Shown here: in pieces, positions 29,222 to 39,999 of the stretch | Numbering within the stretch: the stretch's first letter is position 1 | Layout of the letters: each line of letters begins with the position of its first letter | Assembly: GCA_019894975.1 (NCBI GenBank) | Contig: JAGXNO010000011.1 | Coordinates: forward strand, 16,480 to 80,479 | DNA: 64,000 nt | Source of the DNA: Promethearchaeota archaeon | GTDB lineage: Archaea > Asgardarchaeota > Lokiarchaeia > Sigyniarchaeales > SOKP01 | Direction of reading: 5' to 3' | The notes under the pieces: generated by a model | Databases searched by the model: none | Told to the model about the DNA's origin: nothing | The model's input: only the letters and a program-made list of their open reading frames with translations | Position numbers and translations under genes: made by a program

Positions 29222-29950
29222 ATGAATGAAGATAATTCACCTAGAAATGAGAAAGCGAATAAATTCCTGCTTATAGATAATTATTCTCAAAGTTCTCAAA
29301 CGGATCGTATAGATAGAATAGAAGAAATTATTAAAGATTGCGAGGTAAAGGGGGAAGTAAAATCGATTCATTTTACTCAACTAAAACCAGAATTGGTAAA
29401 GGGGTGCGCGGGTATAATTTTATCGGGCTCTGAGTTGAATGTTTCTGAATTTTACTTTAATGAGAAATTAAAAAGGAAGTTTAAAACTCAATTAGATTTA
29501 ATAAATAATAATTATCAGATCCCTATCTTAGCAATATGCTTCGGATTTCATTTAGTAGCTTATGCTCATGGTGCTCAAGTATCTAGAATGAGGATTCCGG
29601 AATTAGGAGGAAGAATCATCTTCATCTTAATTAAAAAAACAGACGAGTTAATAAATCAAAAAAATATTCCCGTAAATGCTCATCATTTAGATTATGTTTT
29701 ACCCAATGATTCTAATATTCAAAGAAATTTTGAAATCCTCTGTGTTTCTAGAACATTTGGATATAACATCGTGCAATATATGAAACATATTGATAAACCT
29801 ATTTATGCACTTCAGTTTCACCCCGAAACCCACTATCTTCAAAATTTCCCTCCAATCTCCACTGATGAAAGAATCACTAATAAAACTAGGATGATCGGGC
29901 AAGAAATTATTGAAAATTTTATTCGGGTATGTTCATACAATAAGAAATAA
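29222..29950 (+). CDS. Class I glutamine amidotransferase (GMP synthase-like)
   Basis: IILSGS, PILAICFG (Cys) and QFHPE (His/Glu). Confidence 0.85.
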   Translation: MNEDNSPRNEKANKFLLIDNYSQSSQTDRIDRIEEIIKDCEVKGEVKSIHFTQLKPELVKGCAGIILSGSELNVSEFYFNEKLKRKFKTQLDLINNNYQIPILAICFGFHLVAYAHGAQVSRMRIPELGGRIIFILIKKTDELINQKNIPVNAHHLDYVLPNDSNIQRNFEILCVSRTFGYNIVQYMKHIDKPIYALQFHPETHYLQNFPPISTDERITNKTRMIGQEIIENFIRVCSYNKK

Positions 29951-29988
29951 TAAAAAAAAATTAAATACAAGGTTCTTTTATAGTTCAC

Positions 29989-30957
29989 ATGGATACTAGA
30001 AATTATGCAATATTTTATATTAGCGGGTTAGTCATTACTACTGTTTTAATGTTTTTTATTCTCTTCAGTGTAAATATCCTGTCGATTAGCTTTCTGTTGT
30101 TTTTCTGGATCATTAAATTTCTTTCGGGATTTGGATTGATTTTGAGCATAGCAAATGGATTTCTTATCATTCTTGATAAGACAAAAGAAAAGATTGCTAA
30201 AAACAAAAAAATTGTAAACTACATCATTATATTCCAAATTGTAATTCCTCTTATATTAGTTGGATACGCCATCTATGCCATATTTTCGAGCTATTACGAT
30301 TGGGGAACAACCCAAGAAGGGATTGGACTATGGCTCGATTTGATTTTGTATATTTACGGGATTGCATCATTACTGTTGACTTTGTATGTTATACCAATCA
30401 TAAGAGAGGAATTCCAAGATGCAGCAGATCAAGGATTCTTTAAAAGATTTAAAAAAGGAGCTAAACAGGCGGGGAGAGGCATAAAAAAGAAATATTATGG
30501 CTTTAAAAAGGAGTATGCCAAAAAACAAATACAAGACCAAAAAACATTGAAAGATTTATTGGGTGTTTGGCGACATAAGTTTGCTATTTATCTTTTAGTT
30601 CCCTTCGCAATTGGTACTCTAATATTCACACCAATAGCTTTTGTATGCTTAGCATTCTGGATAAAGATCTTCATAATTGATAAAGATCCGGAGATATATG
30701 AAAGATATGCTTTACTCGTATCAATTATTTGCTGTGGTGTAATTGCTATATTATCTCCGATTTTAAGATTTAATCTTTATATTGAAATTGAAAATTATCT
30801 CTGGACAATTAATATATTTTATCTCCTCGGGATTGTAATTGCTTCAATAATTTTTGTAAGCAAACTTATGAAATTACAAGGGATAATGATTGAAGATATT
30901 AAAGATAAAATAAAAGAGAAATTCTCTAAAGAAGAGAATGATAGAGAAGAGATATAA
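29989..30957 (+). CDS. Multi-pass membrane protein, unknown function
   Basis: About 7 hydrophobic segments with a Lys-rich central loop. Confidence 0.7.
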   Translation: MDTRNYAIFYISGLVITTVLMFFILFSVNILSISFLLFFWIIKFLSGFGLILSIANGFLIILDKTKEKIAKNKKIVNYIIIFQIVIPLILVGYAIYAIFSSYYDWGTTQEGIGLWLDLILYIYGIASLLLTLYVIPIIREEFQDAADQGFFKRFKKGAKQAGRGIKKKYYGFKKEYAKKQIQDQKTLKDLLGVWRHKFAIYLLVPFAIGTLIFTPIAFVCLAFWIKIFIIDKDPEIYERYALLVSIICCGVIAILSPILRFNLYIEIENYLWTINIFYLLGIVIASIIFVSKLMKLQGIMIEDIKDKIKEKFSKEENDREEI

Positions 30958-31156
30958 TATTAAGCAGAGAAACTAAAATTTTAATTCTATTTTCTTTTTT
31001 AATTTTTTGATATTTTCATAAAGAAAATTCTATTTGAATACAATTAGAAAAAGTTTCACTATTTCTATCAATGCTAATAAATTTTAATACACTATTATGA
31101 TTAATTTTAAAATGTAGATTCTAAAGTAATGTGAAATTATTGCGGTAACTAATAAA

Positions 31157-32515
31157 ATGAGTGTATATGCTGATGATGTAGTAAGTTTTACCTCAGTGTT
31201 GAAAATAGCCTATAATTTTCTAACAGGGAGAGATTATTTATTAAAGAAAAAAACTAAAGAAAAAAAGAAACTCATTTCTGTAGCTTTAGGATTTCCAGAC
31301 TTAGTTTATGCCGCTGACTCTATTCCTGTATTTCCTATAAGGATGGAGAAATTTAAAATTAATCTTTATCTCCTGGCGCTAAATACAGCAAAGAGTTTAT
31401 TTGGTTGGAATATTACAACGAATCTTTTAGGAATAGCACGTCAATTGGATTTTTTAAAAATTGTAGACTCAATAATAAATGATGTGTTGGGTACGATAAA
31501 TCAAAAATACAACGAAATGTATGATTTAGGAGTAGTAGATGAAAAACCTATGGATTTGTGCTATGGTGTAAATGCTATTTATGGCATGCATAAATCTCAA
31601 TATGAAAATATAGATGCTAACTTAAAGTTCCCAATTAGGTGTAGTGAATGGAATAGCTACTCAGAATCTCTAAAAACAATAATACCAAATCAAATTAGAG
31701 TAGATATCCCAACTTTTGAAAAAGACAACCAAGAAAAGTCTTTAGAAATCATGAGGGGAAACATTGATAAAGCAATTGTTGAGCTCGAAAATATTACAGG
31801 TAATATTGTCACAGACAATAGTTTAAAAAAACAATTCCGCATTGGAAATCAAGTTAAAAGATACTATAAAACAATTTTACATGAAATCGCTACATCTGAT
31901 TTCTATCCATGTAATCCTGCAACATTTGCAGAAATTTTAGGACTTCTTACAATTTCCTTCCAAGATTATAATTCTAATGCCCAAAGATACTTAGAGAATA
32001 TGAGCCAGCTTGTAAAGGAAATGAGAGAACGAATCAAAAAAGGCATAGGAATGGATGTATCAACAGCACCTCGTCTATTAATATCACCAATATTTAATGG
32101 CTGGGAACCCGAAACTCATGAAATTATCTATAAGTCTGGAGGGAGAGTGACTTATGCAGATTGGGATATTCTAGGACTACTAGAGGAAATCTCTGTTTCT
32201 AAAGACTCAGATCCCATTATGGACTATGCTCATTTCCTTTTAAATGCTTCAAATAAAGGAATTCACTGTTTAAAGAATTGTGATGCATTAGTTAATTCCT
32301 ATTTAGAATATACTAAAAAATGGGGTTTTAATGGTGTCATTTTTAACCAAGTTCTTGATTGTCATACAAATTATTCAAATTGTTATGAACTAATGAAAAA
32401 CAAAATTAGAAACGAACTTAAAAAACCTACAGCAATTATTGAATTTAGAAAAATTGGAGAAAATATTGAAGATGTTAAAATGAAATTAACACCTTTTATG
32501 AATCTACTCCGTTAA
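31157..32515 (+). CDS. 2-hydroxyacyl-CoA dehydratase family subunit, paralog of 27453..28814
   Basis: Shares IAYNFLTGRDYL, PVFPIRM, DFYPCNPATF and DYNSNA.RY with the paralog; Cys motifs retained. Confidence 0.8.
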   Translation: MSVYADDVVSFTSVLKIAYNFLTGRDYLLKKKTKEKKKLISVALGFPDLVYAADSIPVFPIRMEKFKINLYLLALNTAKSLFGWNITTNLLGIARQLDFLKIVDSIINDVLGTINQKYNEMYDLGVVDEKPMDLCYGVNAIYGMHKSQYENIDANLKFPIRCSEWNSYSESLKTIIPNQIRVDIPTFEKDNQEKSLEIMRGNIDKAIVELENITGNIVTDNSLKKQFRIGNQVKRYYKTILHEIATSDFYPCNPATFAEILGLLTISFQDYNSNAQRYLENMSQLVKEMRERIKKGIGMDVSTAPRLLISPIFNGWEPETHEIIYKSGGRVTYADWDILGLLEEISVSKDSDPIMDYAHFLLNASNKGIHCLKNCDALVNSYLEYTKKWGFNGVIFNQVLDCHTNYSNCYELMKNKIRNELKKPTAIIEFRKIGENIEDVKMKLTPFMNLLR

Positions 32516-32534
32516 AAATGGATAGTATCTTCAT

Positions 32535-33104
32535 TTACATGCCAAAGAAATCTGAAGGTTTGAGTAAGTGCTGATCTTCTTCTTCCTTCTTTGCCTTTTC
32601 GTGGGGATCTACCCATCCTGAATCTTCTTTTGCTTTAGCGGTCGTACCTGGTTCCTTGAGGCTTGTGGGTTGCACATTAATGCCCGTAGATGCAGAAATC
32701 TGTTCTGGTTGTTGTCCTACTGCTACGGGTTGGGCGGGTACATAAGTGACACCCCCAGATTTCAAAACCTTTAGTTCACTCATGACTTTCTCTAAATTCA
32801 TAGTCTGTACGCTCTTATTCATGGTATCCATTATTTCTTTTAACGATTTTGAGGTTTCTCGTAATCCTTTTGGATTAATTCCTGTAAGTAATGAATCTAA
32901 ATTAGCACTTATACTTTCATTTAGTTCCTCTAGAGATTCTAATACCGTACTCCAATGTTTATTCATTTGAGATTCAATCGCACCAATCATTTTGATGGTT
33001 TCATTCATGAAATTAACATGAGCTTCGTAACGTTCCTCATCTTTAGCCCGAAGGTCAGATATGAGCATTATTAGCTTCCGTAAGGCTTCTTTCTCTTCAC
33101 TCAT
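32535..33104 (-). CDS. Hypothetical protein (helical N-terminus, low-complexity linker, conserved-looking C-terminal LLKPSDFF)
   Basis: 189-aa ORF with normal composition. Confidence 0.65.
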   Translation of the reverse strand: MSEEKEALRKLIMLISDLRAKDEERYEAHVNFMNETIKMIGAIESQMNKHWSTVLESLEELNESISANLDSLLTGINPKGLRETSKSLKEIMDTMNKSVQTMNLEKVMSELKVLKSGGVTYVPAQPVAVGQQPEQISASTGINVQPTSLKEPGTTAKAKEDSGWVDPHEKAKKEEEDQHLLKPSDFFGM

Positions 33105-33225
33105 TTTTTACCAAAATATTTATTATTTTTTCTATAATAATTATGATTACAAAGAAATTTATATGTATTTATTTAGGAAATTAACGAATCCATAATAAAA
33201 CTAATTTAACGAAGTTAGATTAAAT

Positions 33226-34728
33226 ATGAAAATACTAAGTGAACAGTCGGAATGGATTAAAAATCCAAAAATTTATGAAATAAATACACTTCCATGGTTG
33301 AGATCATTATCAGATATTTGTAATGCCTCTATAACTTTAGGTAACATTCCAGAAAGAATATTAAATCAGGAAATAAAACATTTTGATGCTGTTTGGCTTA
33401 TGGGGGTCTGGGAAAGAAGTCCTGCAAGTAAAAGGATCGCTTCAGAACATCCTGATTTATTACGAGAATATCATAAGGCGTTAGATGATTTCAGAGAAGA
33501 AGATGTAATTGGCTCGCCTTATGCAGTATATTACTATCATATAAATAAGGATATTGGGGGGGTAGAAGGATTAATTAAAATCCGTAACCAGCTAAAGGAT
33601 AAAGGGATTCAATTAATTTTAGATTATGTTCCTAACCATGTTTCTATCGATTCTCTGTGGACTTTTGAGCCTGATCTATTTGTTCACGGTACGTTAGAAG
33701 ACCTAATAAGTCAACCTAATGAGTATTTCAGTTTAGGGGACAATGTCTTTGCTCATGGAAAGGATCCAATGATGCAAGCCCCGTGGTCCGATACTATTCA
33801 AATTAACGCTTTTTCAGAAGATGCACGCCAAAAAACGATCCATACCTTGCTCAACATAGCTGAACTCTGTGATGGAGTTCGTTGTGATATGGCGATGTTA
33901 ATGACAAGTAGAATATTTAGCAAAACATGGAGTAAAAAAGCGGGAAGTCCTCCGAATAAGGATTTTTGGGAAGAAATTATCCCTGCTGTGAAATCAAAAT
34001 ATCCCAATTTTCTTTTTATAGCAGAGGTGTATTGGGATATGGAATTGGAACTTCAACAACAAGGATTTGACTTCTGTTATGATAAAAAATTATACGAAAA
34101 ATTATTCCGTGAGGATGCAAATTCAATTAGGGATCATTTAAAAGCTGATTGGGCTTATCAGAGTAAATTGATTAGATTCATTGAAAATCACGATGAATTG
34201 AGAGCTATAGAAAAGTTTGGAAAAGAGAAGTCAAAAGCTGCAGCTCTTATAACATTAACCTTGCCTGGAGGATATCTTATATATGAAGGACAAAACAAGG
34301 GTCATCGAATAAAATTACCTGTTCAATTAGGAAGAAATCCACTCGAAGAAACTGACAAAGATATATCTAGTTATTATCAAAATTTGATGAAAAATATCCC
34401 TGGAAGAGATTATGGGAATGGAAGTTGGTCACTTTGTGAAACCAAATCGGTAGATCCTAATGATCCTTCATATTCAAACATAATTTCTTATTTATGGTGG
34501 ATTAATGATAGTTATCGACTTATTGTGGTCAATTACAGTCCCTCTTTTTCAAAGGCTCATATAAAAATAAGTCCTTTCCATTTTGATACTTACAAGTGGA
34601 CATTTACTGATTTACTCTATCAGAAATCATATAGTTATACCGGTGATAACCTATACAAGCATGGGTTATACGTTGAATTAGATGCGTGGAAGGGACATAT
34701 TTTTAACATAAGAAAAGAAAGTAACTAA
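33226..34728 (+). CDS. GH13 alpha-amylase family glycosidase
   Basis: LDYVPNH, DGVRCDMA (Asp), FIAEVYW (Glu) and FIENHDE (Asp). Confidence 0.9.
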   Translation: MKILSEQSEWIKNPKIYEINTLPWLRSLSDICNASITLGNIPERILNQEIKHFDAVWLMGVWERSPASKRIASEHPDLLREYHKALDDFREEDVIGSPYAVYYYHINKDIGGVEGLIKIRNQLKDKGIQLILDYVPNHVSIDSLWTFEPDLFVHGTLEDLISQPNEYFSLGDNVFAHGKDPMMQAPWSDTIQINAFSEDARQKTIHTLLNIAELCDGVRCDMAMLMTSRIFSKTWSKKAGSPPNKDFWEEIIPAVKSKYPNFLFIAEVYWDMELELQQQGFDFCYDKKLYEKLFREDANSIRDHLKADWAYQSKLIRFIENHDELRAIEKFGKEKSKAAALITLTLPGGYLIYEGQNKGHRIKLPVQLGRNPLEETDKDISSYYQNLMKNIPGRDYGNGSWSLCETKSVDPNDPSYSNIISYLWWINDSYRLIVVNYSPSFSKAHIKISPFHFDTYKWTFTDLLYQKSYSYTGDNLYKHGLYVELDAWKGHIFNIRKESN

Positions 34729-34778
34729 TGGATGAAAGAGAAAATAATATTATTAATGAGAACAAAAAGGTAACGTAA

Positions 34779-35462
34779 ATGATGGATCTTCTTAACATAC
34801 TAAAAATTATTGCCGCAATTGTTTCAGTTATAATAGCCATTACTGTTGGAATAATTGAGCTACGTTTGAAACCGGATAACATGCTAAATAGATGGTTTTT
34901 CTTGTTTTTTATTTCAATATCTCTAGGTTTTCTTGCGTATACTACATATCATATAATTTTGTTTAATTCTGATATTATTATTCCTATTATGATAACAGGC
35001 CAAATATTCTTCAATTTTATCCCTATTTCCTTGGTAATGACTGTTTTTATCATAGAAAAATATGAGAAGATCGCGATGAGTTTTAGATATCTTGGAATAA
35101 TGATGATCTTGTTTGGTATTATGAGTTTCGGTTATTTTATTTGGGTTCCCACATTGGATATGACAGACTATTCAAACGGAATTGTTGATACTTCTACTCC
35201 TGACGAATGGTTTATTTTTGTAAATCTTATTAGAATCTTATTATTCGCGTTTGTCGTTTATAAATACGCTAAAATCACAAGAAGTATTGAGGAAGACACT
35301 AAGAAAAGAATACAGTGGTTCTTTGTGGGAATTATTGTTGCTATTATTGGGCTCCTTATTAATTTAGTGGGAGGAATGCTCAAATGGATACCAATGGAGA
35401 TTATTGCTCTAATTGCGGTTGATATTGGAATAGTGTTGGTATTTAAAGGTTTTTTAATGTAA
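34779..35462 (+). CDS. Stand-alone multi-TM membrane protein (histidine-kinase N-terminal 7TM-like)
   Basis: 6-7 TM segments, 'P.N.LNRWF.LF' pattern and no cytoplasmic signalling domain. Confidence 0.6.
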   Translation: MMDLLNILKIIAAIVSVIIAITVGIIELRLKPDNMLNRWFFLFFISISLGFLAYTTYHIILFNSDIIIPIMITGQIFFNFIPISLVMTVFIIEKYEKIAMSFRYLGIMMILFGIMSFGYFIWVPTLDMTDYSNGIVDTSTPDEWFIFVNLIRILLFAFVVYKYAKITRSIEEDTKKRIQWFFVGIIVAIIGLLINLVGGMLKWIPMEIIALIAVDIGIVLVFKGFLM

Positions 35463-35591
35463 TTGGTTTTTTTAATATTCCTTATTTCTTCTAAATAACA
35501 TATAAATTACGAAATAAAGCTTTATTAATTGTCAGAAATTATTTTTACTAAAGTAATTAAGAAATATGAGTCAGAAAAGAGATATAATAAT

Positions 35592-36833
35592 ATGGTATAT
35601 AGAAAAAACTCATTAATTAACGATTTAATAGAAAAAGGAGTTAAAATACCGAATCCTTCTTCAGTTGAGATAGGCGAGGGAGTCGATATTAATCTGATAT
35701 CCTCTGAGGATGTCACGATACACTCGGGTTGTAAAATATTTGGTAAAAGGACACTTATTATGTCAGGAGTTAAATTAGGTAGAAGGTCTCCGGTTACTAT
35801 TAATAATTGTCAATTAGGGAGAAATGTTGAATTAAGAGGAGGATATTTTGAAGAATCAACATTTCTGGATTCTGTGATTATGGGTGATGGTGCCGAAGTT
35901 CGAGAAGGATGTCTTCTGGAGGAAGAAGCAAATGGTGCCCATACAGTAGGGCTTAAACAAACTATTCTTTTTCCTTTTGTTACATTAGGAAGCATTATAA
36001 ATTTTTGTGACATTTTAATGGCAGGTGGGACAAGTAGAACGAATCATAGTGAAGTAGGTAGTTCATATATTCATTTTAATTACACACCTAATCAGGATAA
36101 AGCAATTGCATCTTTGGTTGGAGATGTAGCATATGGTGTTATGCTTAATCAACCTCCTATCTTCTTAGGAGGGCAAGGTGGAATAGTAGGACCAAGTCAG
36201 ATTGGATATAATACAGTAATTGCAGCAGGAGTTATTTACCGAGGAGATTGTCCCCAAGGGAATAAACTTTTAATGAGTAAAGAACCTCAAAAGGAAGACA
36301 TGGATTTCTATCCTGGTCTATATTCAGGTATTAAAAGAAGAGTCATAAATTGTATTGAATATATCGCGAATATAATCGCTCTCAGACAATGGTACTTAAT
36401 TGTACGTTCTAAGTTCTATCAAGCAAATAATATGGAGAAATTGCTTTATGAGGGTGCACTTGAAAAACTTGAGATTATTTTCAATGAGAGAATTAAAAGG
36501 TTCAAACAACTAGCTAATAAGATGGAAACATCAATAGAATTATATGAATCGATTATGGGTAATAAAGCTTCAAGAGAGTTGATAAAACAAAAAAGAGAAT
36601 TATTTGAGAATATACAAAAAATAGAGAATGGTTTTAAGGAATGTCTATCATTTTCTGGGGACAAGAAAAGAAGAGATGAGTTTTTAGAGGACATAAAAAC
36701 AACTAATAAGGAGTACATCACGGTTATAAAGAATTTAAATAGGGATAGTATAAAAGCTGGAACTTTATGGCTTCTAAGTATAGTTGAAGAAACACGAAAT
36801 ACTGTCTTGAAGCATCTCCCATCTTTTAATTAA
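35592..36833 (+). CDS. GlmU-like left-handed beta-helix (hexapeptide) protein, putative sugar-phosphate acetyltransferase
   Basis: GV.IPNP, hexapeptide repeats and HSEVGSSYIHFNYTP. Adjacent to glmS. The ATG at 35592 is preferred. Confidence 0.7.
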   Translation: MVYRKNSLINDLIEKGVKIPNPSSVEIGEGVDINLISSEDVTIHSGCKIFGKRTLIMSGVKLGRRSPVTINNCQLGRNVELRGGYFEESTFLDSVIMGDGAEVREGCLLEEEANGAHTVGLKQTILFPFVTLGSIINFCDILMAGGTSRTNHSEVGSSYIHFNYTPNQDKAIASLVGDVAYGVMLNQPPIFLGGQGGIVGPSQIGYNTVIAAGVIYRGDCPQGNKLLMSKEPQKEDMDFYPGLYSGIKRRVINCIEYIANIIALRQWYLIVRSKFYQANNMEKLLYEGALEKLEIIFNERIKRFKQLANKMETSIELYESIMGNKASRELIKQKRELFENIQKIENGFKECLSFSGDKKRRDEFLEDIKTTNKEYITVIKNLNRDSIKAGTLWLLSIVEETRNTVLKHLPSFN

Positions 36834-36882
36834 AAATCATTTTTTCACTTAATATCACTGTTTTTGATTAAAATAGATAATA

Positions 36883-38733
36883 TCAATGAACAGTAACCGT
36901 TTTAGATAGATTAAGCGGTTTATCTGGGTCTAATCCATGAAGTAAAGCGGCATAGTATGCTAATAATTGTAAAGCAGGAGTAAATGTTATTGGGCTGAAG
37001 ATATTGTAGTATTTATTTCCAGGTTGGGGTATCCGAATTGATATATTACTTAAATCGGAAATATATTTATCATTCTCTACAACAAGAGAAATTATTTTGC
37101 CCCCTCGCGCTTTGAATTCCATTACATTTCCAATTAACCGTTGGTATGTCTCATCTGGAGGAGCAATAAATATTATAGGGAATCCTTCTCTAACTAGAGA
37201 TATTGGTCCGTGTTTGGCATGAGCAGCCGAGTATCCTTCTATAAAACGGCAAGCGACTTCCTTTAATTTTAATCCCCCTTCTTTAGCAGTGGCAATTGAT
37301 ATACCCCTTGCCAAAATGAAAAAATTTACGCTTTTTTCTAAAGTATTTACAACATCTTTAATTGAATCTACATTATTCTTTAAAAAATTTTCAATAATTT
37401 GTGGAGTTTCTTCTAAAGCTTTTTCATATTTTTCAATTTCTGATTCTAATTCAATTTTTCTTAGTTTTGCTATTTCTATTGCTATCAAGGCTAAAGTTAG
37501 TACTTGAGTATTATAAGTTTTAGTTGCTGCAACACCAATTTCTGGTCCTGCTTGAGTCACAATCACATGATCGGAATATCTGGTAAGAGAAGACCCCACT
37601 ACATTTGTAATTGTTAAGATTTTTACATTTCTTTTGCTTTTTGCCCATCTAATTGCTTCAATTGTGTCTATTGTTTCACCTGATTGCGAAACCGCAATTA
37701 TGACAGATTCATTTTTTAATGAATTGAACAGTTGCGTTTGAAATTCAGAACATTCAATAGCTTGAATATACTTACCTAGAAATCTTGAAATTATAAATTT
37801 TCCAGCTAAAGAAGCATAAAAAGATGTACCAGCTGCAGTTATATAAATATTTTCTGCTGACCATAATATATTTGCAAAAATTCTTAAAAGATCTTTAGAG
37901 ATTTTCATTGTACGCTTCATCGCAGTTGGTTCTTCGTAAATTTCTTTTAACATAAAGTGTTCATATCCCCCTTTTTCTGCTGCATCAATACTCCAATCAA
38001 TTGTTTTTAATTCTTTTTCAATTTTTTCATTGGTTTTGAGATTAATGAATTCAACTTCCCCTGCTTTTAAGATAGCCAGTTCATCGTCATCCATTATATA
38101 ACATTTCCGTGTTAACGGTAAAAAAGCAGGGATATCTGAAGCACAGTAAGTTGTTTTACCTTCAATTATACCAATAACTAGAGGGGATTCCTTCCTAGCC
38201 ACAATAATTGAATCGGGGTAATCAACATGACAAACTGCCAACGCATATGCCCCAGTTAATAATTTAAGTGTTTCAACTACGGATTCTTTGAAATCTAATC
38301 CTTCTTTCATTTTAATTTCAATTAGATGTGGAATAACCTCGGTATCTGTATCTGATTTAAAAATATGACCTCTTTCAGATAGAGCTTTCCTTAATTCTAT
38401 AAAATTCTCAATTATACCATTATGAACAACCGCAATTTTATTAGAGCAATCTGAATGAGGATGGCTATTAATCCTAGTGGGTTTTCCATGGGTCGCCCAC
38501 CGAGTGTGGGCAAGGGCAAGTTTAGAGTTATTTGGTATTTCTGCTAAATCTATTCTTTTTTGGATTTCCTCGATTTTTCCTGAATCCTTTTTGATGTACA
38601 ATTTAGAATTAGAGAGAGAGACTACTCCACATGAATCATATCCTCGATATTCTAAACGCTTAATCCCTTCAAGAACAACATTTCCAAGGGAGATATTATC
38701 TTGGTTAGTTATAACACCGAATATACCACACAT
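36883..38733 (-). CDS. glmS: Glutamine--fructose-6-phosphate transaminase (isomerizing)
   Basis: MCGIFG, LEYRGYDS, HTRWATHG, SQSGET, KHGP and PLNLSKTVTV. Confidence 0.96.
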   Translation of the reverse strand: MCGIFGVITNQDNISLGNVVLEGIKRLEYRGYDSCGVVSLSNSKLYIKKDSGKIEEIQKRIDLAEIPNNSKLALAHTRWATHGKPTRINSHPHSDCSNKIAVVHNGIIENFIELRKALSERGHIFKSDTDTEVIPHLIEIKMKEGLDFKESVVETLKLLTGAYALAVCHVDYPDSIIVARKESPLVIGIIEGKTTYCASDIPAFLPLTRKCYIMDDDELAILKAGEVEFINLKTNEKIEKELKTIDWSIDAAEKGGYEHFMLKEIYEEPTAMKRTMKISKDLLRIFANILWSAENIYITAAGTSFYASLAGKFIISRFLGKYIQAIECSEFQTQLFNSLKNESVIIAVSQSGETIDTIEAIRWAKSKRNVKILTITNVVGSSLTRYSDHVIVTQAGPEIGVAATKTYNTQVLTLALIAIEIAKLRKIELESEIEKYEKALEETPQIIENFLKNNVDSIKDVVNTLEKSVNFFILARGISIATAKEGGLKLKEVACRFIEGYSAAHAKHGPISLVREGFPIIFIAPPDETYQRLIGNVMEFKARGGKIISLVVENDKYISDLSNISIRIPQPGNKYYNIFSPITFTPALQLLAYYAALLHGLDPDKPLNLSKTVTVH

Positions 38734-38994
38734 TTAGATACTTAATTATGGAAAATATATTAATATTTCATTTATTATTTGTTAGTTCATCGTATAGTCG
38801 ATTTAAAGAACAAATTTGGTAACTATCAAAAGCGTATATTGTGTTTTATTTTTTTAAGTGAGAGGAATTCACAAGTAAGATATTTGGTATAATAAATCTT
38901 TAAATGAGTTGATATAAATTGATAAATACATTAATTTTTATATTGAAGTAGTATTTTTTTTAGTTAAAATTTAATTTCTTAAGGATAAACTATT

Positions 38995-39951
38995 ATGACT
39001 ATTAGTGTTATTATAACAAGAAACTTTGATCATATGAGTAAAGCAGCTGCTGAAATAGTGAAAAAGATTATTATACAATCATTAAAAGAAAAAAATGAAT
39101 TCGTTATTGGGTTAGCCACAGGGAATTCACCTAGCGGAATGTATAAAAACTTAGCGCGGATGGCTAATTCTGGTGAATTTGACAGTTCTCGGATTCGTAG
39201 TTTTAACCTTGATGAATATGTAGGACTCCCTGGTGAAAATCCTCAACAACGAATGCTACACCCAGAGAGTTATTGTTATTTTATGATTCAAGAATTTTTT
39301 GGTCTTCTTGATAAAAAATTCATCGAAACCTCGGTTCCTTATGGTTGTTTGATTGATCAACAACAATTAATAAATGAACTTGATGCACATCCAGAAGACT
39401 GGAGTGAATTGGGTACAGATGCAGGTAAATCGATATCAATTAAAGAAAATTCAGCCTCAGATTATTTAAGGTGGATTCAAGAATCAATATTAGAAGGATA
39501 TGCTCAAAAAATTGCAGATGTGGGTGGCATTGATCTACATATAATAGGCGTTGGAGGTCGTGGTCATGTTGCTTTCCATGAATCAGGAATACCTTTTGAA
39601 GGGAGTAACGTTTTATTAGTAAAACTTGACGATAATACAGTAGAAAATGCTGTGACAGATGGTCACTTCGCAACCAAAGATAATTCCCCCAAGTATGCCA
39701 TCAGTATGGGAGCTGAACTAGTATATAAAGCAAAGGAAATTTTATTGTTAGCTAATGGGGAACGTAAGGTTGAATCAGTCACTAAATCGTTGTTAAATGA
39801 TCCAACTCCAGATATTCCAATTTCTTATGGTCAGATTTATTCTAATAATGGGGGTAACTTAACTTATGTATTAGACAAAATCGCTGGTCGAGAACTCCTT
39901 GATAATAAAGAAGTACTTACAAAAAAAGGCATAAAAATTAAAGAAGTATAG
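38995..39951 (+). CDS. nagB: Glucosamine-6-phosphate deaminase family
   Basis: GLATGNSP, FNLDEYVGL, GGIDL.IIGVG..GHVAFHE and AISMG. Confidence 0.85.
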   Translation: MTISVIITRNFDHMSKAAAEIVKKIIIQSLKEKNEFVIGLATGNSPSGMYKNLARMANSGEFDSSRIRSFNLDEYVGLPGENPQQRMLHPESYCYFMIQEFFGLLDKKFIETSVPYGCLIDQQQLINELDAHPEDWSELGTDAGKSISIKENSASDYLRWIQESILEGYAQKIADVGGIDLHIIGVGGRGHVAFHESGIPFEGSNVLLVKLDDNTVENAVTDGHFATKDNSPKYAISMGAELVYKAKEILLLANGERKVESVTKSLLNDPTPDIPISYGQIYSNNGGNLTYVLDKIAGRELLDNKEVLTKKGIKIKEV

Positions 39952-39999
39952 TGAAATATTTTAATATCCTTTCTTATTGATTATTTAACTTTTTTTCAA

